Of a DNA stretch of 64,000 nucleotides, positions 47,267-59,745 are shown one piece after another. The notes beneath the pieces are model-generated. The model was not told the DNA's origin. It searched no databases and saw nothing but the letters and a program-made list of their open reading frames with translations. The stretch is from NCBI RefSeq assembly GCF_032191835.1, contig NC_083235.1, positions 62,620,001-62,684,000 of the forward strand. The letters run 5' to 3'. The position numbers and the translations under genes were made by a program. This stretch comes from Heteronotia binoei (lineage: Eukaryota). Numbering within the stretch: position 1 is the stretch's first letter; each line of letters starts with the position of its first letter.

Positions 47267-47405
47267 TGTGACGGAACCGGCCCGATTGTGCCTTCAGACC
47301 CGGTCCCGTCTGCTCCCTATTGAGTCGCCAACTCCTGGAGGGAGCTATTTCTCCTCCTGCCCCTTGGGCGCGCTGCCACCACCTGCAAAATGGCGTTTCT
47401 CCACA
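47267..47405 (-). repeat. Gypsy 5' LTR, internally deleted (139 bp)
   Basis: 120 bp + 19 bp identical to the two ends of the 823-bp LTR; 684 bp missing. Confidence 0.92.
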
Positions 47406-47494
47406 GAGCTGTTTGCCAGAAAGGTGATTAATTTCTCGTACGAGTAAAATGATCATCAAAATCTTACAACGAAGACTCTTCTCTTATAAGGAAT

Positions 47495-47600
47495 GAGAAA
47501 TGTTCAAGCTGGATTCAATAAAGGAAGCCACGGCATTCAGTTTGCAAGACCTGAGCAAGCTGTTCATGACAGGACTTTTTGGAGGTCCATTCTTAAAAGC
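47495..47600 (+). mobile_element. RTE/BovB-like LINE 3' fragment
   Basis: ggattcaataaaggaagccacggcattcagtttgcaagacctgagcaagc resembles the squamate RTE 3' end as recalled. Confidence 0.55.
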
Positions 47601-48372
47601 CATCAATTCCCCAGAAACAGCTTCTTGACAACCAAAATGATTGGGTTTTTTTTTAAAGGTGGAATGCACCCAGCTGCCCATGTTGTTCTGCCAAAGTTAT
47701 TTTAGCAGCTCTCAACAAACCATTTTTGCCCCAACATCCTTCCAATAAAAGTATTTGGTAAAAACAAAACTTCCTTCTCAAGCTGACCAGTTTGCCTTTA
47801 AAACTGTTGTGTGATTAGTTCACTCCAGAAACACAGTCTCAGGAGTGGAACATTTATTAGACTTTAATACATGTTTTTACCAATGTTACTATTTGATATT
47901 GCTGGCCGCTGTCAGCTGATCTAAACTTAGGAGAAGGCCAGAAATAAATGCTGGCATAAATAAATTATCGTGTGCCTGAACCACTCTCTGATTTGGACTA
48001 CAAACTCAGGAATGTTATGACTTTCTATGGACTTAGTTAGAGTCTTGTATATGAAGAAAAGGTATTGATTTAAGAATTCCCTACTTGGTTATAATCAACC
48101 AAAATCTACCCAGAATAGGAAAAATAATCTGATGACAAAAAAGTCAAATGGAGTAGGGGCTCTTCTCCCCATTGCCCCCTGCAAAAACACTCACTTAGGC
48201 CTCTTGCCCCAAAGCAAAAAGTAATAATTAAACCAGAAAGTCACTAAACTCAAGTGTCAAGTTCAAGTACAGAAAAACCCCAACACAATCAGTGCAGATA
48301 CTGAAGTCTTCAAACTATTCTTATTTCCCAGCATTCTGGACAACAGATCAACAAAGTCCACACTAACAATGT

Positions 48373-48387
48373 CCAGCAGATGGCAGC
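48373..48387 (+). promoter_or_regulatory. CTCF-like motif CCAGCAGATGGCAGC
   Basis: Matches the core consensus CCASYAGRKGGCRS; binding untested. Confidence 0.5.
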
Positions 48388-48679
48388 TCACCATTACATT
48401 TGCCACTGCAAGTCATTATTAAAGATGCTTACGGATACAAATCTGAGACCTACGGAACAGTTCTACCACGGAACAAAAAGAGAAAAGGCTGAGTATCCAT
48501 TTGGTCCAAACAGCAAACGTGTAAAGCGACGTTTGTAGTATTTAGCATTACATGTCGTTTCCTCGGTAGTGCACCAGAATACTGCAAAACAGTAAAAGGC
48601 ATTTGACTAAAGGAGCTTTGACTTTTGAAACTTTAAATAATGTTGGTCTTCAACGAGCTGCTAGACTCAGATCCAGCTC

Positions 48680-48888
48680 CTATGTTCCCTCTAAGCTGAG
48701 TTAGCGTGAGCTAGCGCACAGATTCTTAGCCTCCAGCTCACACCTTTTTGTCTTCGCTCAGGGAAAAGGGCCCCAGAGCAAGCTAATTTATGCAGTAGCT
48801 TTAATGCCAGGAGCTCACAACTTTAATTCCAGCAGCTCACCAAGTAGAATTTTTGCTCACAAGACACTGCAGCTTAGAGGGAACACTG
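48680..48888. mobile_element. hAT MITE (cagtgttccctctaag family)
   Basis: TIRs ctatgttccctctaag / cttagagggaacactg; 8-bp TSD tccagctc / tccaactc. Confidence 0.85.
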
Positions 48889-50346
48889 TCCAACTCTTAT
48901 AAAAGAGTAAATTATTTAAGACAGGGGTACTGAACTCATTCGTTACGAGGGCCAGATCTAACATAATGGGACTTGTGAGGCTGGGTCATGCGTGTCATAA
49001 AATGTAGAGCCAGGTAGCGGAGATATAAACTTTATAAAGGACAAAAACAATTAAAGATATTATTTTTACTTAAAATACTAACATGCTTAAAACTCTTGCA
49101 ATATTTTGCTTAAAATTGAAAGGTAGGGGAATAGTGGGATTTGGTAATACAATTTTAAAAATAAAACATCACCAAAAAACCCCAAGGATCACAGCAGAAA
49201 CTTAAAATGTAAAATGCTTTGAGCTTATGACAACATAAAATGACTGGGCATTGCACGCTTCTCTCCACCCCCGGGTCTACTCAGATTGGCAATGGCCTTT
49301 CAGTGTAATATCCCTCTTTGGCTGTGGATTCCCAGGTTAGAGTACTCACTAGGCACCAGTTCTCAGGTCCATTCAGCAGAGACAAGCTGGGTTAAAGTAT
49401 CAACCCTTTGTTTGCAAGGACACACAACTCCAGCAAGCAACAGCTCCTAACTGGCCACATAAACACTGAAAAGTGAAACTGAGCTCCATTCCATTAAAAT
49501 ATATTGCAGCACAGACAAAGCTGCAAGGAAAACACAGAATGGATCATCCATTAAGTTCTCTGTACCCAGCTAGGCTATTCCCAGAGTAGCCTATCTGGGC
49601 ACAGAGACTGTAATGGAAAATCTATTCTGCATTTTCTCTGCAGCTTTGCAAGCCCAGAATAGCTTCCTGCTGAAGCTGGCAAAGACAAGACTGAAGGAGC
49701 TGGGAACTTTGGCAGCCTCAGAGCTTCAAATAGTGAGGACATTGGGGGGGGGGGGAAGAGCTGCAGGCCTGATTACAGCCTTGGGTAGGCCAGTCTTGGT
49801 CTATGGGGTCATACATTTGACACCCCTGACTTAAGGAGTTTCCAGCTGATGGCAGTACACTGACATTTAACAAATGGACATTAAGCGTTACCTTGCAGAG
49901 ATGATGGAGGTGGGGAGAGAAGCATATCTCTAAAAGGAAAGGGGCTAGAGGCTTTTTTTTTTAACGGAAGCTGGTGATTCACAGAACATGATAGACAGAT
50001 CATTAATATACTGTAAGGTTGTAATGATATGCCAACTGCCATTCTTAAATAAGAGCCCTCCAGTGGCTACTACCAGGGTACTGGGTAGGGAAAATGATGC
50101 CAATGATGGCAGGACCAGAAAGCTCTAGATTTTCCCATCCACATGGGTACCATCCCATCTCTGCTGTGATATTTCCCAAAACATTGTAGCCAAGTACGTT
50201 TGGGAAAGTTTGAAGGAAAAATGGGGAAATCCCTGGAAGTGAACAGAAGTACTGTGATGTTGTGGAGGAGAGGATAAAAGCCCATTTCCCAACAGCTCCC
50301 AAGCCAATGAAACAAACTGCTTGTAAATGACCAAAGAGACCCTTAC

Positions 50347-50384
50347 CTTTGGATTTCCACACTGATCACATTTTGCATATTTAG
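50347..50384 (-). CDS. DUS1L: DUS1L exon (KYAKCDQCGNPK), start of the C-terminal zinc finger
   Basis: ttccag| ... |gtaagg; 38 bp. Confidence 0.95.
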
Positions 50385-50926
50385 CTGGAAAAGAGGGGAG
50401 GGGAGGAGATTTAGTTCCAGGGTATTATAGATTGCCCCTGATGCATGAATAGGAAAAGCGTTTTCTGTATCCTGGGACTTGGAAAACATTTTCTCCATCT
50501 TAAATTTCAGGAGCTCACTAATTTTCTTGAATTTTGTTTTAAACTTTTAAAGAAACAATCCTTCAATGTAAGTGACCCTTTCTCAGCAGAGGATCCATTT
50601 AAGGAAGAAGACTTCAAACTTTGCTAGTGGAGTGGTTGTCTTACGCCACTGCTACAACCTAATAAAAATAATGTAGTAATTTTCATGTAAAACTGTACAG
50701 AACAGGGTGTGCTGAAGGAAGGAGAGAGACATCCAAAGGCATATTACAAGTCAGCTTTCACTACAATTAATGTGAATGATACCTCGTCAAAAATCTCCAG
50801 TTTGGAAGACACAAAACTTCCCTCTCTTATAATCCCTACTCTGTGACTACTGTTTCTATACTACTTCTTAATTATTTAGTTCTACTTATTAGAATTTATG
50901 TTTCTCTTTATGTTGAATTTATGTTG

Positions 50927-51143
50927 AGGGGAGGGACGGTGGCTCAGTGGTAGAGCATCTGCTTGGGAAGCAGAAGGTCCCAGGTTCAATCCCTGGCATC
51001 TCCAAAAAAGGGTCCAGGCAAATAGGTGTGAAAATCCTCAGCTTGAGACCCTGGAGAGCCGCTGCCAATCTGAGAAGACAATACTGACTTTGATGGACCA
51101 AGGGTCTGATTCAGTATAAGGCAGCTTCATATGTTCATATGTT
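50927..51143 (+). mobile_element. tRNA-headed SINE, Squam3-like, young
   Basis: A-box tggctcagtggtagagc, B-box ggttcaatccc; (TTCATATG)-type tail. Confidence 0.82.
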
Positions 51144-51784
51144 CTTTCCTCACAATGAATTGTACATTTCCTCCCACCCAGTCATCTGAAAGGAGCTCTG
51201 AGGCAGATAAGTGGCGAGAAAGCAACTGGTCCAAAGGAACCTAGTGAGCTTCATGGCTGAGAGTGACTGTGAACCTATGTCTCCTCAGTTATGGTTCACC
51301 TGTCTAGCCACTTGCACCACATTGGTTCAGGTCAATTCCACACTGGCTTTGTGGGAAATCATGATTTAATTAAACTATGGTTAGCGTGACTGTCTGAATG
51401 CAGGCAACTAATATCTAACCAGGATCTGAAGACAGAATCCAAAGTTGGTTTGCTAAACAGTCTTCACTATAGTTTTGCGTGACGTACAAACAGAACTTGT
51501 TCTCCTGCGATGCTCTTCCATACTACAGAGAGAAAGCAATGAAACAAACCAGAATCTTGAGTTACTGTCCATGAACTTATTCCTGATTTCACATATTTAG
51601 TGTTTAGATGACACACTCCTGCTTGTGAGAGAAGAGAGAATGCCTGTTCTGAGACAGCATCACCTGAAATGTTATTGATTTAAAAAACTTAAACTGTTGC
51701 CTGATTAGTTTTGGAGCCCCTAACTATTTCATCAAAAAGATCCCAGCAAACTAAACTATTTACTGGATCAATGTTGCATCTTAC

Positions 51785-51951
51785 GTTTTAAGGACGGGTC
51801 AAAGGTTTTATTGGGATTTCTCAGTTTTTTCTTCTGCTTGTTCTTCGAGAGAGAATCTGAATTCCCATCGTCCTCATCCTCCAAGGCTCGCTTTCCCCGG
51901 TTGCTTCTTTCCATTCCATTTGTGCCATTTTCTTTGCATGTCTCCTTCGGC
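51785..51951 (-). CDS. DUS1L: DUS1L exon (PKETCKENG...[37 protein letters not shown])
   Basis: tcacag| ... |gtaaga; 167 bp; [20 protein letters not shown] motif. Confidence 0.95.
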
Positions 51952-53021
51952 CTGTGAAGGTTGAACACATTTTTAAAAAACATATGAGACAACATTCTCT
52001 TTACCAACCCCATATAGACTCCTGCAGACTGAATAAGCACCATAGAAACAATAAAATAAAAAGTAGTCATACAAATACGCTTTTCACCTGTCTAGCCACT
52101 TGTATCACACTGGGTCCCACAGAATGTTCCCACAGAATGGCTAGCAGTTGGAGGCTCCCTGAAATGTGACAAGTCAGATGAGGGTTCAAGGACATTCTCA
52201 CAAGGGATTAAGAAAAAAGTTAAGGACGGCCTCTCCCTATACAAGCCCAGGAGGGCCCTAAGAGCCTTCTCGCTAGGGCCTGCTTTCAATTCTCCCTCAA
52301 AGAGGAGATGAAGACAGTCTCTGCTTAGGCAACTATGTTTGGGGGAACAGCTCCATCCCTTTGGAAAGGGCTGCTGAATTATGTGAGGGCTGCTCCGTCC
52401 CTTTTGTGGTTTAGGAAAAATATATCTGACTGAATGTTAGTTTTATACTGCTCGCTTCTAGTACGGAGTGATTTTTAAAAAATTATATACTGTAAAGTGC
52501 ACCGGTACATCAGAAAGTTTCCTTCCACAACCGAAATCTCGTCAGGAAGGAGGTTAAACTGAAAGTTTTGAGAGATTCTCTTCAATTCCCACCTGCATCC
52601 CATCATAAAGAAGTGTATTCAGCAACATTATTTGGTGCTCTAGTAAATACATATGGAGTGGACAATAAACCCTTTTCTTCATCTCTTAAGCACATCGTCA
52701 AGGTTACAAAGACACCAGGACTTCTGAAACATCATCACGGCTTGCAAGTAGAAATGTTCTTGCCTCTTGTGTCTCAGCTTGGAGCTCAACAATGCAATGG
52801 GATAGGAATGACCCTACAGGGTAGAACATGCACATGTCTCTTAGCCAAGAGGAGCAAATTGCTGGCAATGGGTGCCTACTGAAAGGGCAGGGAATCAAAG
52901 ATTCCTTTCCCTTACAATTACCCCCACTCACTGCAATGTAAGGTGGATCGGGAAGGGTGCATCTCCGGCCTCCAGACACCCACCTGCTTGCTAAGCTGTT
53001 AGTCAGAGAAGGTGAATAAGC

Positions 53022-53160
53022 CAGGGGAGGCCAACGGTAGCTCTTCAGATGTTTTTTTGCCTACAACTCCAATCAGCCCCAGCCAACATGGCCAATGGCT
53101 GGGGCTGATGGGAGTTGTAGGCAAAAAAAACATCTGGAGAGCTACCGTTGGCCACCCCTG
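53022..53160. mobile_element. 139-bp palindromic hAT MITE
   Basis: TIRs caggggaggccaacggtagctc / gagctaccgttggccacccctg; perfect 8-bp TSD gaataagc. Confidence 0.92.
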
Positions 53161-53239
53161 GAATAAGCAGTTTAATTCTCAGGGTGAAGACTCTAGACCA
53201 CATACATTGCACAAGCTATCTTAAGGTTTAACAGCTCAC

Positions 53240-53328
53240 CCGGGTCTCACATACGGCTGACAAATCCAGTGGGAGAAAGGCAGTCCTCCCTTGGCTATTT
53301 CTTCCTCCTTCAAATTGGCAATTTCTTC
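53240..53328 (-). CDS. DUS1L: DUS1L exon (EEIANLKEEEIAKGGLPFSHWICQPYVRP-G)
   Basis: tcacag| ... |gtgagc; 89 bp; HWICQPY motif. Confidence 0.95.
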
Positions 53329-53631
53329 CTGTGAGGCCAATTGTAAACAATGAAGAATTCAGCTTTCCCAGAAACCATACACTACTACCTTAGCTAAAAT
53401 GGCAATTAACACAATTCAACACATTTGAAACTACGTTAACGTGTTTAATGAACTAGCACATCTGAAACTAAAATAATCTGTTGAACAGATCTGTGAATAT
53501 GGCATGTTCTGCCTTCAAGAAAGACATCCTCCTCCTGGGAATGGGACAGAAATACAGAAACAACATAAGCTGTAAACCTATCTAGATGGCAAAGTAATAG
53601 GCTCGCCCTGCCATCCCCAGTTGGCCTGTAC

Positions 53632-53728
53632 CTGGCAATGCAACTTCAGCTCTTTGTTGACAGCCACAAGACCTTCCAGTGTCTTTACTTTTGCCAGCTC
53701 GTCACGCAGCTGCTGGTGAATTTGCAAC
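53632..53728 (-). CDS. DUS1L: DUS1L exon ([32 protein letters not shown])
   Basis: cttcag| ... |gtacag; 97 bp. Confidence 0.95.
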
Positions 53729-54016
53729 CTGAAGGAAACCAACACAACGCATCTTATTCTACTCCACTTAAGAACACTCAAGATGCAGAGCAATACTAAG
53801 GAATTTACAGTTAGCTCATGGAACTTAATATCCTGCAAGTGGGGCAGAGATTTCCAGTTCTCCATGTGCTATAAAAAGCCCCAGTATCAAGGATAACTAA
53901 CCATCTATGGCCAGGCTCATTGTTCCCTGTTCCCAGATCTCTCAACAACCTACAGGAGGGGGACAGGGTCACAAACCTTGGGGGGCGGGGCGCTCATAAA
54001 CAGTAGAGTCACTCAC

Positions 54017-54161
54017 GTGTGATGCCACAGCTTGAAGAGATGAGCCCTGACATAGGACAGTGGACAAGGATATTGTTGTACTATCTCCAGGTATTCCTCA
54101 GCCATCTCCCAGACTACAGGGTTTCTTCCCTCAAACAGAGCTGGATTGTGAAGATTGCCCT
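54017..54161 (-). CDS. DUS1L: DUS1L exon ([48 protein letters not shown])
   Basis: ctccag| ... |gtgagt; 145 bp. Confidence 0.96.
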
Positions 54162-55554
54162 CTGGAGGGAAAAAAAAGAGAATATTTTCAGGTATGGGGC
54201 TTGACTGATAAAGTACATGAGATTCTAGTGCCATGTTTGTCTCATAATGGGACTGGAAAACAGAAATCTGCAGAGGAGAAATGGCAGGTAAGAAGGTGGT
54301 ATTTATCCTCATACCTGTTCACCACCTCTCCTTCACAATTGTTCCCTGACCATTTTTAGCTCAGGGATTTGAAGCTAGCTGGTTGGGGGCAAGCCAGTAG
54401 AATAAGAGAATTTGACTAGGCCTATAGAGACCTGGGTTCAAACCCTCATTCAGCCATTAAGAACAACAGATAACCATGGACCAGTCACTCTCTATCAGCC
54501 TAACCTATCTCATAGGATTATTAGGGGGAAAAATGGAAGATGGAAGAACCATGTTTGCCCCCACCCCAGCAAAAACACATTGCTTTTCCTGCTATATCCA
54601 TATCCTACTGTCCCTCAAAAGAACTCACAGCTACATTTTACCCTCATGATACCACACTGATATTAGTTAGGTCTATGGTCAGCTTCACACCTGAGCAGGA
54701 AATGTGTCCATTCTGAATGTCAGGTCTAAACAATATTTATATTATCTTCTTTGTTGATTCTGCAAAGCCATCAACTCTTGAACCAAGATAGCTTCCAGAA
54801 CTGAGGTTTAAATTCCTACTACTAATACAAACGTACAGTTAAATTTCAAGTGCTTTCCTTCCTTCACTTTGAACTACAGCAGCAGTATACAGCAGCCTCG
54901 GTGGGGTAGGGCGGGATATAAATCGAATAAAATAAAAAATAAATAAAAAAATATACCTATAGACTGTTTTCTCAACTAGCAGTTCTATTTATAAAGGTTA
55001 AGACATAAAACAAAACATGTTATATCTATTCATTGTGCTATATCTGCAGCTCACTTCTGCTGGCCATCTCATTGGATTAACAGCAATTTCTTTCAATTAT
55101 GCAGTCATACACATTGAACAGAATTAACAGAGAAATTTATGAACCTTCTGGTCTTCCAAAGAATCTGCTCAAGTCTACAGAGGCTGCCTGATAGGGTCTA
55201 CTCTTTGTAACTTGTGAGGAAGACCAAGGAGTCAGTTCTGCAGGTAATCAGTAGGTATTTAGTGGGCTAGGTAAGAATCCAAGGGAATCCAATGTGAAGA
55301 TCCAGGAAAAAAAAAACAACAGGGAAAGTTAAGGATTTCCCCCCTTGCGTTGTTACCCCCCGAGGACTTTTTATCAGTTTTTCCTACAGAGAAATTGGAA
55401 ATTTTGAGGAATACTGATAAAAACTCCTGTGAAATATTTTATTTTTAGAATGAATGGTCTTAAACCATACATTTCTACACTTAGAAGGATCTTCGTGAGG
55501 GAAGCATGCTAAGGTTTCACCACTTTTCAGCTGTGTAGTGGTTTCACCACTTTT

Positions 55555-55842
55555 CAGCTGAGCAGACAGGTTAAAACGGATAAAAGGAAGTACTTCTTCA
55601 CCCAAAGGGTGATTAACATGTGGAATTCACTGCCACAGGAGGTGGTGGCAGCCACAAGTATAGCCACCTTCAAGAAGGGTTTAGATAAAAATATGGAGCA
55701 CAGGTCCATCAGTGGCTATTAGCCACAGTGTATGTGTGTATATAAAATTTTTTGCCACTGTGTGACACAGAGTGTTGGACTTGATGGGCCGTTGGCCTGA
55801 TCCAACATGGCTTCTCTTATGTTCTTATGTTATGTTCTTATG
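55555..55842 (+). mobile_element. CR1 LINE 3' end, 5'-truncated
   Basis: cggataaaaggaagtacttcttcacccaaagggtg...; (TTATG/TTCTTATG)n tail. Confidence 0.88.
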
Positions 55843-56219
55843 TGTATACCTTCTATTGTTCTTTTGGTCTGGCTTGCGCTTGACCTTTTCACCTCTCCCA
55901 CAAACCACTGCACATACATACCCAGAGATAGTTATAATTTTGTCTTGTCTTTATTACTTTGTTTCTTTCCCCTTTTAAAAAAAATCTTACTCAATTGCGG
56001 GATTTTAAGCCCTCCCCTCATTTTTTGCTGTTTTTAAATAAATATTAAAATGCGGTTATAAAAAAATGCATATATTTCAATTTCCCCCCAATTTTTTTTC
56101 CTGGGGGTGGGGGTGGGGAAGGGGGAACACCTTTCTCCCATCACTTCAAAATTTCTTGGAATTTTCCATCTCTAATTCCAAGCACATGTAAAAAAAAAAA
56201 CAAATGACAGTACAACCAG

Positions 56220-56908
56220 TGTGACAGAACAGATTCAGGAGTCAGCCACCTGGAATGCACAGTGCAACAGACAGGAGGGTGTCCACCTCATGAAGGGAAA
56301 AACCCCTAGACAGCCATTTCATTTGCGCCTATGAGGGTGTTGCTCGAGCACCAGAACAATAGGGGCCGTTCAGATATGCCTCAGGGAGAGGTACCGGTAG
56401 TTCCAATCTGCCTCAGCGATACCACTGTGATGTCAATAAAAGAGCAGACAATCTGAAGGGTACTCTGCTTGGAAGGATGGTAGAGTCATTTAGCTCTAAC
56501 TTTTGGAGAGGACAGTGTACCTGGCTGTTATGTCTGTCTCTGGTGATGAGCAGACCTTGTACCATTTAGCCTGACCTCTTGGGAAGGGGCAGGCTGGTGT
56601 GGGTAGAATCCTGTGGTGCGAAAGGATCCAACCTAGTGGTTTGTCAGTGAAAGCCTACTTGTACCTGCAAGCCTTTAACAGAATTCAAACCACACTCTGA
56701 ACCCATAAGCAGCTTAAGTTTATGTGCCTCAGCCAGGTTTCTCCTGTGACTATCTGGAGATCTGTGCTATTGATCTGCTCCTTAAAGTTAACCTGTAAAT
56801 AAATGTCTTCGTTGTTATACACATACAAACTCCTGCCTCAGTGATCACTGTGTTCATCTTGCTCAGTACAAAACTTACCTCAGGACAGCAAACCCAAAGC
56901 CTTTACAC
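56220..56908 (+). repeat. Possible solo LTR
   Basis: TGTGACA...TTTACA termini, two AATAAA, U5-like end; no matching TSD found. Confidence 0.35.
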
Positions 56909-57290
56909 TTGCTGCTCTAAGAACATCTTGTAACTGAAGGGAAGGGTTACAATTCTAAACAAACTCGGTTTCCCAAAATCATAAGAGGCTGGGTGGGTCA
57001 CCTCAGTTCTGAGAAAGGACCTGTCCTACAGGCTTAAAAGCAAGGAGGCTGTCAGTGCTGTGTTTCTTAATGCAACCAAGACATGCTTCCGGAGCAAATC
57101 CCATTTCCCTGGGTACCTGACTGCCACCTCTCTAGAGAAGTCAAGTCATATTCCCAGAACTATAGGTCTCCTTTTGCAAGTTGGGTGATACCATATTTGA
57201 AACAAGGCCACTTGTCAACTTTGAAACTTGGATTTTATCATGGATTCACTAAGATTCATAAATAGCATATTGGAAAAGGTCTCTTTCTAC

Positions 57291-57394
57291 CTGCACTCAT
57301 GACACCATGAGCTCCGGTCTTCTGAATACACCGTTCCACGTCACTTAGGTACTGGATGTTTCCATTTGCAAACACAGGAATATTTACAGCCTTT
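57291..57394 (-). CDS. DUS1L: DUS1L exon ([35 protein letters not shown])
   Basis: tgatag| ... |gtagaa; 104 bp; IPVFANGNI motif. Confidence 0.96.
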
Positions 57395-57619
57395 CTATCA
57401 CAGAAAAAAGAATAGCAGAACTAATAAACACATAAATCAAAAACAGATCCAGAGCTTTTTTGGGGGGAGAAGGGGGGAACCTTTTATTTTTGCCATAAAA
57501 GGCCTGTTATGAACCCATTCACATGTTCCATGATGAAACAGGCCTGGAGTGTCTTGAGTTTGCAAGAAGGCACCAGACTGCATTTCCCTGAGATGGAGAT
57601 CCCATGACAGTGAGTGAAA

Positions 57620-58960
57620 CAGAAAATCTTTTCTTTTGTACACTTAGAAGCTCACTGATTCATAAATCAATTCACAAATCAATTCACAAAGCAGCAGAAG
57701 ACCCTTATTTCTTATTTTTTTGATGCAAGGGCTAAAAGTACTGAGATAAATTTTGCGATTGCTAAGTGTGATCTTAGGATCCTTATCCCTGAGCAAAAGA
57801 GCCAGGATTTCCAGAGTATGGAGGGATGTTTGGTTGAATAAAGGCTTAATATAGCCATCCCTCATAATCTCAAAAAGTCTGCATTCTAGCAGAGCATGAA
57901 AGGATGTATCAATCCTGTTAAGGCCATAAGGGCAGATTCTATCAGTGTAGGGTCTATTCAAAAATCTCCCTTGCAAAACCACTGTAGGTATAATGTTCAG
58001 TCTTGCAAACAACAAAAGCTCTGCAATAACGTGGGATGGTAAGATAGTACATATAGGAGGATAAAGATTTTGGGTAAGAAAGACCAAAAAATAGGGATGT
58101 GCATACTCTGCAGGCTCTCAGGTTCAAACTAGCATGGTCAGTTTTGAGGATCACTTTTTGATCAGAGGAAACGCTTTGGTTTTGCCCATCCCAAAAATCT
58201 AATCAATCGGCATTCTAACTTTCATCAGTTTCTCATCCAGGGCTTTCATTCAGGTTGATCTGTAGGTATCCTGATTTAGATCAGCTAACAAACCATCTTC
58301 AGCAAAAAGCTGTTTTAATCTCAGTTTGAAGGCAAAAAGCCATTCTCTTGCTTCTAAAGATATCTGTCCAAATTCTGCTCATAATACAGTGTCTGACACA
58401 CAGCAGGGAATATTCAATATTTTCCTTAAGAACTGGACTAGTCTAGTGGTTGGTCAATATTATCAGAGATAGCTTTAATCCCAATAGCTGAACCATAAAA
58501 AAGGATGGGAACCACTTTCAAATTAAAGGCTTGTTCTGCTCCAGGAATATAATCCCCCCCCTTATTGTGGAAAAATCTATTTATGGCACTTGCGCAAGGT
58601 TTTGCTCTATTAAGCACTGTTCTAAATTGAGGGGAACAGGAAATCAGCCTACCAAACTAGCATCTGGGTCATCAGTCAGTCTCCTGTCAACCTGGGGGAA
58701 AACCCTAATCTCTTCCCACCTTACACACAGCATGCTGTTTGTGCTCTGTGCTGCTGAGAACAAAGACACCTCAAAATCCTTCTTTGATAGGGAGTTTTAA
58801 ACTCGCATCCCACCTTATTGGTCCAAAAAAAGGAGCTCCCTGATCCTAAGAAAAGCCCAGATATAGCAGTCCAAAAAGGCACAGACTTATGTCTCATTTT
58901 GCCATGTCCAGATGCCAAGCTAGATGGCAATCCTGATACATCTTTCGACTGGAGAGATAT
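57620..58960 (-). mobile_element. Degenerate non-LTR retrotransposon ORF2 3' part with a C-terminal zinc-knuckle relic (clade not assigned)
   Basis: FARLNIIPTVVLQGRF..RPYTDRICP...IDTSFHALLECRLF..MR pattern. Confidence 0.6.
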
Positions 58961-59745
58961 CTGCAGTTATATTGGACTTATTTATATATCCTTTTTTTTG
59001 TTTGATGTTCTTAACATGTCATACATCACCAAGAGTCCACACAAGTTTAAGTAATAATGATGATGGTGATTATGATGATATTGTTGTTGTTGTTGTTACC
59101 ACCATCACCAACAGACCTGGAAAAAGTGTATTCTCTTTCTTTAATAAAAGCTTAATGCTTGGGTGTCAAAGTCATTTGATATGAGGGCCAGATCCGACAA
59201 AAATGAGACCTTGTTGGGCTGGGCCATGTCAGGCCAGGCTGCGTGTGTTCCTATTTAAGATTAGGTAGCAGAGATAGAAACCTTATAAAGGACACAGACA
59301 AACACAATTAATTAAAAAAAAAAACCTTAAACTTAAACATGCTTAAAACAGCACTTGTTGGTCTTAAAGGTGGTTTCTTTGTATTTCTCCCATGGGATCC
59401 AGGGAACTGAGCAAAGGAAGCTCTGGCTCTTTCCTTCCTTCCTCAAGGGACCAGGAGGGAGAGACACCTCAGCCAATAGAAGGAAGAAAGGCTTGGTTCA
59501 GTAGCTCTGCTGAGCAATGGAGAGATCCGCCCCCTCCTTTCCAAGAGAGGAGCCTCAGCCAATGGAGAAAATAGAGGTTTTGCTCTGGTTACTTGGGGTA
59601 CAGTATGCCAACATAATAATAATGTATGACAAGATCAAAATCATGTTTTAGTGCAACAAATAGAACACTGACACACAAATTCCGCTGTTTACCCTAAATC
59701 TTCGGCTTTGGAGAAAGGACTCACCACCAAGCTCCAGCAGCTTAC

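Larger units (their letters stand above)
43774..47405 (-). mobile_element. Gmr1-like Ty3/Gypsy LTR retrotransposon, internally deleted, in a DUS1L intron
   Basis: TG...CA LTRs; 5-bp TSD GAGCT (43769-43773 and 47406-47410); tRNA-Leu PBS; PPT taaggagggggaag (44610-44597); Gag/SCAN-like, integrase C-terminal and RNase H remnants. Confidence 0.93.

Noticed and set aside
48385-48420. SECIS-like ATGA...AAA...GA motif on minus, and possible H/ACA or C/D snoRNA
   Set aside because: Helix II cannot be formed symmetrically and no convincing H, C or D boxes were found
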